Assembly (NCBI GenBank): GCA_002699485.1
Contig: PAAV01000050.1
Span: 8,990 to 32,989 of the forward strand
Origin: Chloroflexota bacterium
GTDB lineage: Bacteria; Chloroflexota; Dehalococcoidia; Lucifugimonadales; UBA2962
DNA length: 24,000 bases
Reading direction: 5' to 3'
This document shows positions 1 to 8,644 of the stretch, piece by piece. Made by a program: the position numbers and the translations under genes. A model generated the notes under the pieces. The model had not been told where the DNA came from and did not search any database. It was given only the letters and a program-made list of their open reading frames with translations. How positions within the stretch are numbered: the stretch's first letter is position 1; the number at the start of each line of letters is the position of its first letter.

Positions 1-53
1 ACGACTAAATTAATATCTGAATTTACAACACAATTAATAATGACAATACAAAA

Positions 54-341
54 ATGAATTTATCAAACGATGAAGTAAAACATATAGCGAGTCTTGCAAA
101 AATAGGTATGACCGAAGAAGAGCTTCAGCTCATTGGAGGTCAACTTTCGCAAATTCTAGAGCAGTTCCAATCGCTAAATACTATAAATACTGAACACATT
201 GAAACTACAGCGCATCCAACTAGCCTTAACACAGTTTTAAGAAGTGACAAAATAACGAATGACAAAGCAGACGAAGTCATGCTTGATAATGCTCCAAAAA
301 AAGAACAGAATTTTGTTCGAGTAAGACCGGTGCTAGAATAG
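54..341 (+). CDS. gatC: Asp-tRNA(Asn)/Glu-tRNA(Gln) amidotransferase subunit C
   Basis: The 95-aa ORF has GatC-typical size and N-terminus (VKHIASLAKIGMTEEEL ... FVRVRPVLE). Its stop lies 1 nt before the gatA ATG at 343. Confidence 0.9.
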   Translation: MNLSNDEVKHIASLAKIGMTEEELQLIGGQLSQILEQFQSLNTINTEHIETTAHPTSLNTVLRSDKITNDKADEVMLDNAPKKEQNFVRVRPVLE

Positions 342-342
342 C

Positions 343-1812
343 ATGACTTCATCTAATCCCTGGTCTCTAACAATTTCTGAAGCCCATCTCCTATTAGCCA
401 GAAAACAATTGTCTGCAGTCGAACTGACCGAATCAGTTATTCAGCGCATAAAGCAAACCGATTCAAAAATTAACTCATTTATCTCAGTTACTGAAGAATC
501 TGCACTGAAATCTGCGCTTAATGCAGATTCAATTCTTGCCAGAGGCGAAGGATCTCTATTAACCGGTATACCTTTCCAGGCTAAAGATAATATCTGTACA
601 ACTGGAATCACTACCACTTGTGCTTCAAAAATGCTCGAAAATTTTGTCCCAAATTATGACGCTACTGCCATCACGAAACTTAAGTCAACCGGTGCAGTAC
701 TTTTGGGCAAAGGAAATCTGGATGAATTTGCTATGGGGTCTTCAACAGAAAATTCTGTGTTTTTCCCTACGAAAAACCCTCATGACCTTAACACTGTGCC
801 AGGCGGGAGCAGCGGCGGACCTGCTGCATCGGTAAGTGCAGAACAATGCCTTTTTTCTATTGGGTCTGATACTGGAGGCAGCGTACGGCAACCTGCTTCA
901 TTTTGTGGAGTGGTAGGATTAAAGCCAACTTACGGACGAGTCAGTCGATACGGACTAGTTGCATTCGCAAGCTCATTAGATCAAATAGGACCATTAACTA
1001 AAAATGTACAGGACTCAGCTTTTGTATTAGAAGCAATTTCAGGAAATGACCCGAAAGATAGCACATCAAACACAGAAGATGTTCCAGCATATGCTGAATA
1101 TTTAGATGGCGATGTAAAAGGTTTAAAGATTGGAGTCCCGAAAGAATACTTCGTTGATGGAATGGATTCAGATGTGGCAAATACTGTCAGATCTTCTATA
1201 AAAACTATGGAGGACATGGGTGCTGTCATTTCAGAGGTATCTCTCCCGCATACTTCCCACGCTCTGGCCGTCTACTACATTATCGCCCCTGCAGAAGCAT
1301 CTTCGAATTTATCAAGGTATGACGGTGTAAAATTCGGCTACTCTCATTCGGAATCCACCGATGTTTGGGATGCTCTAGAAAAAACAAGGCAACATGGATT
1401 CGGACCGGAGGTTAAAAGGCGTATTTTGCTAGGCACATATGCTTTGTCATCCGGATATTACGATGCCTATTATTTAAAAGCACAGCAAGTTCGATCACTA
1501 ATACGTCAAGACTTCGTAAAAGTATTTAAAGACGTGGATATTATAATCGCACCATCAACGCCAACGGTGGCTTTCCCCTTAGGAGATAAAATATCAGATC
1601 CAGTACAAATGTATCTGAATGATATCTTTACGATTCCAGCTAATATTGCAGGTATTCCGGCAATTTCAATACCAGCTGGTTTGATAAAAGATATGCCTAT
1701 CGGTGTGCAACTAATGGGACCTCATCATTCAGAAAAAACTTTATTAAAAACTGCTCATGCGTATGAGCAAGCGGCAAACCATGGCTTTTTAAAACCTTCG
1801 ATTCAGGAGTAA
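343..1812 (+). CDS. gatA: Glu-tRNA(Gln)/Asp-tRNA(Asn) amidotransferase subunit A (amidase-signature family)
   Basis: 489 aa. It carries the amidase-signature Gly/Ser block (VPGGSSGGPAASV ... GSDTGGSVRQPASFCGVVGLKPTYGRVSRYG) and is translationally adjacent to gatC. Confidence 0.93.
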   Translation: MTSSNPWSLTISEAHLLLARKQLSAVELTESVIQRIKQTDSKINSFISVTEESALKSALNADSILARGEGSLLTGIPFQAKDNICTTGITTTCASKMLENFVPNYDATAITKLKSTGAVLLGKGNLDEFAMGSSTENSVFFPTKNPHDLNTVPGGSSGGPAASVSAEQCLFSIGSDTGGSVRQPASFCGVVGLKPTYGRVSRYGLVAFASSLDQIGPLTKNVQDSAFVLEAISGNDPKDSTSNTEDVPAYAEYLDGDVKGLKIGVPKEYFVDGMDSDVANTVRSSIKTMEDMGAVISEVSLPHTSHALAVYYIIAPAEASSNLSRYDGVKFGYSHSESTDVWDALEKTRQHGFGPEVKRRILLGTYALSSGYYDAYYLKAQQVRSLIRQDFVKVFKDVDIIIAPSTPTVAFPLGDKISDPVQMYLNDIFTIPANIAGIPAISIPAGLIKDMPIGVQLMGPHHSEKTLLKTAHAYEQAANHGFLKPSIQE

Positions 1813-1815
1813 CGT

Positions 1816-2628
1816 ATGAAAGAACTAGCAGATAAAGTCGCAATAGTAACAGGTGCGGGTCGCATGAGAGGAATAGGAAGAGCTGCGGCTGTACGATTAG
1901 CTGAACTAGGAGCGCATGTGGTAGTAACGGGAACAGGCAGAGACCCAAAAACATTCCCAGATGATGAGCAAAAAGCAAATTGGAAAGACATAGAAAGTAC
2001 GGCTGAGCAAATTCGAGCCCACGGAGTAAAAGCTTTAACCTTAGTAGTAGATGTTACTGATCAAATACAAGTTGAAAACATGATTAGAGATACTATTTCT
2101 AAGTTCGGTCGCGTCGATATTCTTATTAACAATGCTGCAGCCCCAATCGGCGCAGATAGGGTTCCGATAATTGAAGTTGAGCCAGATGTGTTCCAGCGTG
2201 TTATTGATATAAAAATACGTGGCACATACTTGTGTACTCAGGAATTTCTGAAAGCAAATCTGAAACAAAATACCGGAGGTAAAATAGTCAATATTTCCTC
2301 AACGGCTGGTAAACGAGGCGTTCCAAATACTTTTGCATATAACGCAGCTAATTTTGCGATAGTTGGTATGACGCAATCAGCAGCGAAAGAACTGGGTCCA
2401 AATAACATAAATGTTAATTGCGTATGCCCTGGTGCTACAGAAACCGCAAGAATGGATGAGCTGCAAAAACGAGGTCAAATGGACGAGATCGCAGAACAAA
2501 CCCCGATAGGACGAAATGGAACCGATGAGGAAGTCGGACATTTAGTCGCACACCTTTGTACAGAGGCGACCAGCTGGATAACCGGACAATCTATAAATAT
2601 AAATGGCGGTACCGTAGTAGAGCACTAA
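1816..2628 (+). CDS. Short-chain dehydrogenase/reductase (SDR) family protein with an atypical active-site motif
   Basis: 270 aa. It has an N-terminal Rossmann motif (VTGAGRMRGIGRA), NNAA, and a Ser...Tyr region reading AYNAANFAIVG. The usual YxxxK Lys is therefore Asn (codon AAT at about 2350-2352). The ATG lies 3 nt after the gatA stop. Confidence 0.85.
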   Translation: MKELADKVAIVTGAGRMRGIGRAAAVRLAELGAHVVVTGTGRDPKTFPDDEQKANWKDIESTAEQIRAHGVKALTLVVDVTDQIQVENMIRDTISKFGRVDILINNAAAPIGADRVPIIEVEPDVFQRVIDIKIRGTYLCTQEFLKANLKQNTGGKIVNISSTAGKRGVPNTFAYNAANFAIVGMTQSAAKELGPNNINVNCVCPGATETARMDELQKRGQMDEIAEQTPIGRNGTDEEVGHLVAHLCTEATSWITGQSININGGTVVEH

Positions 2629-2688
2629 TATCTTAAACCGTGGATCAGTTTCAATAATAAACATTGTGGGTGAATAAGGAATACATAT

Positions 2689-3465
2689 ATGGATCTCAAA
2701 TTAAATGGTAAAAACGCCTTAATTACAGGCGGAAGCAGAGGTTTAGGAAGGCAGTGTGCACTGTCACTAGCTAACGAGGGAGTCAATATTGTGATTTGTG
2801 GACGTACTCCTGAGACACTAGAAAACACAAAGGTGGATTTAGAAACTGCTGGAGCAAAAGTAATAACGATTGTGGGCGATATTTCAGTACCTGACAAAGC
2901 TAAAGAAATTCACGCAAAAGCTACTTCAAAGTTAGGGCATATAGACATTCTGGTCAACAATGTTGGTGGTACTCTTTCGCGAGAGGACATCTCCGGCACA
3001 AATCTAGATGACTTCAGAGGTACTTTCGATATAAACCTATTCGGCGGCTATGAGTTAATGAGATTAGTGATACCACACATGCAAAAACAGTCTTGGGGAC
3101 GAATTATAAATATTGCTTCGATTTGGGGCCGTGAATATGGAGGGAATATATCCTACATGTCAGCCAAGGCGGCTCTCATAGGAGCCACAAAGCATGCTGC
3201 TGTTTCGCTTGGAAAATATGGTATTTTGGTGAACAGTATCGCGCCTGGATCAATAGCACACCCACAAGGATCTTGGGAAAGATTTCAAAACAACAATTCG
3301 CCGGAAGTTGTAGAACAATTTATATCCGACAACCTACCTCTAGGAAAATTTGGATGGCCTGAACCAGTGGGTGACTTGGTCGCTTTTCTATCCTCAGATA
3401 GGGCAGGTACAATAACGGGCACTTGCATTCCAGTTGACGGAGGTCAAGGAATTTCAATGATATAA
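2689..3465 (+). CDS. Short-chain dehydrogenase/reductase (SDR) family oxidoreductase
   Basis: 258 aa. Motifs seen: TGGSRGLGRQ (TGxxxGxG), NNVG, a catalytic Ser and the YMSAK (YxxxK) motif, and a C-terminal IPVDGG typical of classical SDRs. Confidence 0.87.
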   Translation: MDLKLNGKNALITGGSRGLGRQCALSLANEGVNIVICGRTPETLENTKVDLETAGAKVITIVGDISVPDKAKEIHAKATSKLGHIDILVNNVGGTLSREDISGTNLDDFRGTFDINLFGGYELMRLVIPHMQKQSWGRIINIASIWGREYGGNISYMSAKAALIGATKHAAVSLGKYGILVNSIAPGSIAHPQGSWERFQNNNSPEVVEQFISDNLPLGKFGWPEPVGDLVAFLSSDRAGTITGTCIPVDGGQGISMI

Positions 3466-3477
3466 ATTTCTTATATC
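3459..3477. terminator. AT-rich palindrome spanning the convergent stop codons of SDR-2 and the 2-hydroxyacid dehydrogenase
   Basis: GATATAA-ATTTC-TTATATC, a 7-bp stem with a single G:C pair and only a short T-run after it. Very weak as a terminator. Confidence 0.2.
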
Positions 3478-4451
3478 TTTGCTCTCGTTTCCCCAACCAC
3501 CTCTTTGTTATACAAGTTCTCAGGCATTTTCCCTGAAAGCACATCAGCTATTGAACCTGCAGCTCTTGATTGAAGCTCAACTGTAGATTCAGGCGAGTAG
3601 AAAGCTACATGCGGTGACACAATGACATTATTCATTTTAAATAGTTTGTTGTTATTTTCAGGATGATCTGATTCCAGCACATCAAGTCCTGCTCCAGCAA
3701 TCTCACCTGATTCTAATGCGCTAATTAAAGCAGTTTCATCGATAAGTGGGCCTCTGGCACAATTTATAATAAAACAGTTTTTCTTCATAACACGGAACTC
3801 GTTAATGCTAATCATTCCTTTGGTTTCGTTATTGAGGGGAGAGTGAATGGTAACGAAATCAGATTTTTCCAGTAGGTCTCTTATAGGAACAACATCTATG
3901 TCCTTATTAACTAAATCACTTGCGACGAAAGGATCTGTAACTAAAACGTGCATTCCGAAAGCTTTGGCTTTCTCAGCAACATTACGACCAATGCGACCAA
4001 ACCCTATTACACCTATCGTGCTACCTCGCAGCCTATTCATAGGTAAATTTAAATCAACCGAGCCCCATCCTTTCATCTTTGTGTTGTAGTCAAAGTTGAT
4101 CACCTGTCGATTCCAGGCAAGCAAAAATGAAAAAACGTGATCCGCAACCTCATCAACACAATAATCGGGAACATACGTCACGGCAATGCCTAACTCAGTA
4201 GCTTTATTGACAGCAATGTTATCTACTCCTACTCCATATCTTGCAATTACTTTTAGATTAATTGCGTTCTCTATAACCTTATCTGTAACTTTTGCAAAGC
4301 AGGTCAATATCCCGTCAACATCACCTGCTAGTTCTGTTAAAGTTTCTTCACTTCCATCTGGAGCAATAACTAGCTCAACGTCAGTTAGTTCTAGAGCTTT
4401 TTTCTCTGGATCTAAATTCGGGAAAACATAATCTGTTATCAAAATTTTCAT
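3471..4451 (-). CDS. D-isomer-specific 2-hydroxyacid dehydrogenase family protein (hydroxypyruvate/glyoxylate reductase or PGDH-like)
   Basis: NAD-binding GVIGFGRIGRNVAEKAKAFG, plus a catalytic-region Arg (NCARGPLID), an acidic residue (AGLDVLESDHPE) and a His (SPHVAF). I prefer the start MKILITDYVF (ATG at 4449-4451) over the track ORF start at 4553, which would overlap the upstream gene by 62 nt. An alternative ATG lies at 4472. Confidence 0.82.
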   Translation of the reverse strand: MKILITDYVFPNLDPEKKALELTDVELVIAPDGSEETLTELAGDVDGILTCFAKVTDKVIENAINLKVIARYGVGVDNIAVNKATELGIAVTYVPDYCVDEVADHVFSFLLAWNRQVINFDYNTKMKGWGSVDLNLPMNRLRGSTIGVIGFGRIGRNVAEKAKAFGMHVLVTDPFVASDLVNKDIDVVPIRDLLEKSDFVTIHSPLNNETKGMISINEFRVMKKNCFIINCARGPLIDETALISALESGEIAGAGLDVLESDHPENNNKLFKMNNVIVSPHVAFYSPESTVELQSRAAGSIADVLSGKMPENLYNKEVVGETRAKI

Positions 4452-4491
4452 GCTGTTACCATCATTTTTCATATTTGGCGCTCTCGCAGCC

Positions 4492-6111
4492 CTACAATTT
4501 AAAATCCATTCTTTTGAATTGACAACCCTCAACAAACAGGTCGAAGAAATCATCAGTTGTTTCCAATTCTATATGCTCCACTTTCAAAACCAAGTCTTCG
4601 ATACGATTCCTTAACTTTCCGGACAATAGCATAATCGTTGCTCCCTCAAGTGACGCATTTCCAACCTTTTCAATGTCGTCTAAATTGACATTGGCTAAGA
4701 AGCCAATTTCAATAGCATTTTTCGCATTTATATAATTCGCAAAACCTCCAGCAAGATAAAACTTCGCGAGCTCTTTAATCGGCTGACCAAATGCACGCAA
4801 AACAATCCATTGTCCACAAAAATTTGCAGACTTCGCTTGAGCTAAAGCAGATATATCAGCTCTAGACAATGTTAACCCTTGTTCACTAGCAAATGTGAAT
4901 TCATTTTCTCCACTATTAAAAACACCCAATTCCGTCATTCTTTGTGTTCTTCGTAATTCAGCTAGCAGATCGATTAATCCAGAGCCACAAATACCTTCAG
5001 GATCAGCATTACCAATTGTTTCAATTTCTACACCGCTGTTATCCATCCTCACTGCCTCAACCGCCCCTTCATATCCAGGCATTCCAAATTTAATTTCTCC
5101 ACCTTCAAAAGCAGGACCTGCCGGGCATGAAGCTGCCAAAATACGATGTCTGTTGCCGATAATCACCTCGGTGTTTGTGCCAACATCCACTAACATGACA
5201 CTTTCGTCCATCTCATCCATTCCTATAGCCAAAAGATCTGCCGAAACGTCAGACCCAACATGACTAGCAATTAATGGCCCACCATAAACGTTTGCTTTCG
5301 GAAAAATTCTAATTCCCAAATCATTTGCAATAGCATTTAAGGCTGTTGATTTACGTTCCCCCTGAATAAACTCCATTTCTATTTTAGATTTATATGGTTT
5401 TTCGCCTATTGTTTGTACATCAACCCCAAATACTATGTCCCTCATAGTCGAGTTACCAACCAATACTGCTTCATAAATGCGTCTTCTATGGATTTTGAGC
5501 TTGCGACACATATCACCAATTTCAAAATTAATCGATGACAGCACAACTTTTCGCAACTCCCCATGGTATGGTCCACCATCGTACGAAATTCGATGCATCA
5601 CGTCGCTACCCCCAAACTTTTGTGGGTTTTCAAAGGAAGTTGTGAATACAGTGACCTTTTTTTCTAAATCTACTAGATTCATTGCTACGGTAGTTGTTCC
5701 CAAGTCGATAGCTAATCCATAGATACTTCCCTTATATTCTTCTAGTCGTTGGTCTCTATAACATACAAAATCTCCCGATTTACGAGTGATTGGATCAGCG
5801 ACAATTTTACGTTTAATCGAACTGGTGAGAATTTTAGGCTGGCGTCGCAAAACGGAAAATTCTAGATTCTCAGCGGCGTCCGAAATCGCCGCCTGGCATG
5901 CGAGTCTATATGTATCTTTAAGGAATTTCTCTGATTCTGTTCTATCTGTTAATCCATCAGAGCCTTGTTTAATTTCAACTATGCACTCATGACACTCACC
6001 GGTTCGTCCACAAGAAGTTGGAACTCTTATTTTTAGGTCATCCGCATAATCAAATACAGTTTTCCCCTGAAGTAGAGGTATTTGCTTTTTACCATAAATT
6101 AGCGGAGACAA
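4492..6111 (-). CDS. Reductive activator of corrinoid proteins (RACo/RamA-like): N-terminal [2Fe-2S] ferredoxin domain plus ASKHA-fold ATPase (DUF4445)
   Basis: 539 aa. The N-terminal Cys cluster (SCGRTGECHEC ... RLACQ) resembles a plant-type 2Fe-2S ferredoxin. It is followed by ASKHA phosphate motifs (GLAIDLGTTTV, LVDVGTNTE) and a C-terminal LAGGFANYI. The start is TTG (6109-6111). The first in-frame ATG lies about 140 codons downstream and would delete the ferredoxin domain. Confidence 0.85.
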   Translation of the reverse strand: MSPLIYGKKQIPLLQGKTVFDYADDLKIRVPTSCGRTGECHECIVEIKQGSDGLTDRTESEKFLKDTYRLACQAAISDAAENLEFSVLRRQPKILTSSIKRKIVADPITRKSGDFVCYRDQRLEEYKGSIYGLAIDLGTTTVAMNLVDLEKKVTVFTTSFENPQKFGGSDVMHRISYDGGPYHGELRKVVLSSINFEIGDMCRKLKIHRRRIYEAVLVGNSTMRDIVFGVDVQTIGEKPYKSKIEMEFIQGERKSTALNAIANDLGIRIFPKANVYGGPLIASHVGSDVSADLLAIGMDEMDESVMLVDVGTNTEVIIGNRHRILAASCPAGPAFEGGEIKFGMPGYEGAVEAVRMDNSGVEIETIGNADPEGICGSGLIDLLAELRRTQRMTELGVFNSGENEFTFASEQGLTLSRADISALAQAKSANFCGQWIVLRAFGQPIKELAKFYLAGGFANYINAKNAIEIGFLANVNLDDIEKVGNASLEGATIMLLSGKLRNRIEDLVLKVEHIELETTDDFFDLFVEGCQFKRMDFKL

Positions 6112-6156
6112 ATTAACTTATACTCTTTTTTATTACACGTATCATGATGTGTCATA

Positions 6157-6405
6157 CTACAAATCCCACGCGTCACGATAATCGAGTTTGTCACTACCAA
6201 CACATAAAGCTAATTGGTCTTTACCATCAACGAAGTCTTGATTACGGCATCCAAACTTGGCAGTACATCTATCCTTAACGTTTTTGTAAGGGCATCGTTT
6301 TTTAGATATATCAACAGCAGAATCTGAAATACTACTATATATTTTCTGTAATTTATCAATACTTGCCTGATAACGATCTTTATCAAAATTTTTATTCTGA
6401 TTCAC
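6157..6405 (-). CDS. Hypothetical small protein with four Cys (82 aa)
   Basis: The ORF fills almost the whole metF-RACo gap. It has a GTG start 9 nt after the metF stop, with an AAGGT Shine-Dalgarno-like sequence overlapping that stop. The protein contains no internal Met. Cys pattern: RCPYKNVKDRCTAKFGCRN...LALCVG. I recognise no family. Confidence 0.45.
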   Translation of the reverse strand: MNQNKNFDKDRYQASIDKLQKIYSSISDSAVDISKKRCPYKNVKDRCTAKFGCRNQDFVDGKDQLALCVGSDKLDYRDAWDL

Positions 6406-6414
6406 GGCTTACCT

Positions 6415-7350
6415 TTAAATGTTATTGTTACGATTATCGAGTATACCTGATTCTGCAATTATCTCCGGCACTAATGCCTCCTGCCCATATGCCATGATAT
6501 GAATACCTTTAACTCCAGGCATTTCGATCACCTGCTGTACGATTTCCAGACATATCTTTTTTCCTTCAGCGACTTGGTCTTTCGCCTGCTTGAGTCTACT
6601 AATGATCGCATCAGGTATGACAACACCAGGCACATTGGACCGCATCCGTTGAGCAGATTTTGCGGATTTCAAAGGCCCGACGCCAATTAAAATAAATACT
6701 TTTTCTGATAATCCCATGTCATTCACTGAATCCATATAAGTTTTCAACCGAGGCACATCGAAGCAGTATTGGGTCTGAATAAATTTTGCACCAGCATTTA
6801 TTTTTTTCTTTAATCTTAACGGCCTAAAATCATAGGGAGGTACAAACGGGTTGGCGGCAGCACCTAAAAAGAACTTCGGGTTTGATTCAAGTTTTCTACC
6901 AGAAAGGAATCTACCTTCTTCTTCCATTGTTCTGGCCGTTTTTAACAGGTTAATTGAATCCATATCAAACACGGGTTTTGCTTGGGGGTGATCTCCCGTA
7001 TGCACTCCATCTCCAGTTAAACACAATACATTTTTTATATTTAATGCAGCTGCACCAAGCAACTCTCCCTGCATAGCAATTCTATTGCGATCTCTACAAG
7101 ACATTTGCATAACCGGTTCATAGCCAGCTTTTTGCAATATTGCAGATACAGCTATACTAGATAAATGTACGCTTGCGCCAGCAGCATCAGTAGCATTTAT
7201 TCCATCACAAAGTGAGCCCAGAACTAAAGCGTTACGATGAACGGATTCCGGCAAGTGGCTATCCGGCGAATTTAGTTCAGCAGTAACAGCAAGCTGGCCA
7301 GACCGTAAAACACGCTCTAATTTTGATTGGTCTTCAACTTGACCACTCAT
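6415..7350 (-). CDS. metF: Methylenetetrahydrofolate reductase, MetF subunit (MetVF type)
   Basis: 311 aa of MTHFR TIM-barrel type (VTAELNSPDS ..., CLTGDG, FFLGAAANPF, GAKFIQTQYCFD). The ATG at 7350 lies inside the 3' end of metV, giving a 17-nt overlap. Confidence 0.85.
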   Translation of the reverse strand: MSGQVEDQSKLERVLRSGQLAVTAELNSPDSHLPESVHRNALVLGSLCDGINATDAAGASVHLSSIAVSAILQKAGYEPVMQMSCRDRNRIAMQGELLGAAALNIKNVLCLTGDGVHTGDHPQAKPVFDMDSINLLKTARTMEEEGRFLSGRKLESNPKFFLGAAANPFVPPYDFRPLRLKKKINAGAKFIQTQYCFDVPRLKTYMDSVNDMGLSEKVFILIGVGPLKSAKSAQRMRSNVPGVVIPDAIISRLKQAKDQVAEGKKICLEIVQQVIEMPGVKGIHIMAYGQEALVPEIIAESGILDNRNNNI

Positions 7351-7789
7351 CTTGAATTATCTCCGTTCTACCAGACAACTGGTTCGCCCATGCTGATGTG
7401 TCCTGTAATCTTCGATCCAATGGAGCCATAATTACATTTATATTAGGCCCGTATATTGGCATCTGTTTTGATCTTTCCCATGCAGTCACCCATACACACG
7501 TCATTTCAGGTATGACTTCGCAATTACCATTGTTCCTAACACCGCCGCATGGTCCATTTCTCAAGCTTTTTGGACATGTCATTGGACAAGTCATACCAGT
7601 ATTATGTAATACACATTGACCACACATTTGGCAATCAAATACGGGCTTTTTGAATAAGTGTTCTGCAAGAATTAATCCTCTGTTTATAATACGACTACGT
7701 ACAATGAGCGATTTTCCTGGACTTAGAAAGGCAACTGTCCCTTTATAAATTAGTTCCAGTAAAGCTGGATGTAGTCGAAACATTCTCAT
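7334..7789 (-). CDS. metV: Methylenetetrahydrofolate reductase C-terminal-domain protein (MetV-like, Cys-rich)
   Basis: 151 aa with the Cys-rich block CQMCGQCVLHNTGMTCPMTCPKSLRNGPCGGV characteristic of the MTHFR_C/MetV family. It is immediately upstream of and overlapping metF. Confidence 0.8.
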   Translation of the reverse strand: MRMFRLHPALLELIYKGTVAFLSPGKSLIVRSRIINRGLILAEHLFKKPVFDCQMCGQCVLHNTGMTCPMTCPKSLRNGPCGGVRNNGNCEVIPEMTCVWVTAWERSKQMPIYGPNINVIMAPLDRRLQDTSAWANQLSGRTEIIQDEWSS

Positions 7790-7849
7790 AATAAATTAAT
7801 CTTCTGAATTCTATTAATTTGTCTGCAGTGACAGATTATTGAGGCTATT

Positions 7850-8581
7850 TTATTGAGCTAGAACTATCTCTTTTACTAAAGAAACGCATTCCATCGCATC
7901 TTTACCATAACCGTCCGCCCCCATGTCTTCAGCAAATTCCTGAGTTACGGCAGCGCCTCCTATTATCATTTTAAATTCTTCACGAACACCATTGTCTTCG
8001 AAAAACTCTATTGTCCGACCCATATTTGGCATTGTAGTAGTTAATAATGCTGACATGCCCACAACTTGAGCTTTAAATTCAACAGCTGCATCCATGAATT
8101 CATCAGGCTTGGTATCAACTCCGAGATCCTCGACTACAAACCCAGCTCCTCTTAGCATCATTATGCACAAGTTTTTGCCGATATCATGCAGATCACCTTT
8201 GACCGTTCCCATGATCACTATTCCCAGGGGTTCTACGCCAGAAGCTGACAAAATAGGTTCAATATGAGCCATACCTGCTTTCATGGCTCTCGCAGCAATT
8301 AAAACTTCAGGAACAAATATGATGTTGTCACGAAATTTAATCCCTACTATTGCCATGCCTGATATCAATCCATCATCAAGAATATCATTAGCTGAATATC
8401 CTTGATCGAGCGCAGTTTTTGTTAATTCATCAATTTTTTCATTGTTCCCATATACGAGATTGAATGCCATTTCCTGCATCAGCATGTCATCTTTTGTAAA
8501 TAAATCTTGAATATGATTCTGTTCAAAAGGCTTTGCTATATATTGCATTTCGCCAAGCAATCCTTCATGGATTATCGCCAT
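7850..8581 (-). CDS. Cobalamin-binding corrinoid protein (B12-binding cap plus Rossmann domain; methyltransferase cognate carrier)
   Basis: 243 aa. It has the DxHxxG motif (GDLHDIGKN), SxL (MSALLTTT) and GG (IIGGAAV), i.e. the His-on/base-off cobalamin-binding signature. A strong SD (GAGGAGA, complement of 8590-8596) lies 8 nt upstream of the ATG. Confidence 0.9.
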   Translation of the reverse strand: MAIIHEGLLGEMQYIAKPFEQNHIQDLFTKDDMLMQEMAFNLVYGNNEKIDELTKTALDQGYSANDILDDGLISGMAIVGIKFRDNIIFVPEVLIAARAMKAGMAHIEPILSASGVEPLGIVIMGTVKGDLHDIGKNLCIMMLRGAGFVVEDLGVDTKPDEFMDAAVEFKAQVVGMSALLTTTMPNMGRTIEFFEDNGVREEFKMIIGGAAVTQEFAEDMGADGYGKDAMECVSLVKEIVLAQ

Positions 8582-8644
8582 TTATGTTGTCTCCTCGTGA
8601 AGCTTTGGTAGTACGTCTGAAGCGTTACTTAAGTTGGGAAGGTA

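Noticed and set aside
54-2628. Absence of gatB after gatCA, with an SDR in its place, as a possible operon rearrangement.
   Set aside because: gatB is encoded away from gatCA in many bacteria, so on its own this is not unusual. I kept only the SDR active-site oddity as a finding.
4452-4553. N-terminal extension of the 2-hydroxyacid dehydrogenase ORF, overlapping the RACo 3' end by 62 nt.
   Set aside because: The family-typical N-terminus MKILITD begins at ATG 4451. The extension (MISSTCLLRVVNSKEW...) has no homology-like features and would require a long overlap with the upstream gene.
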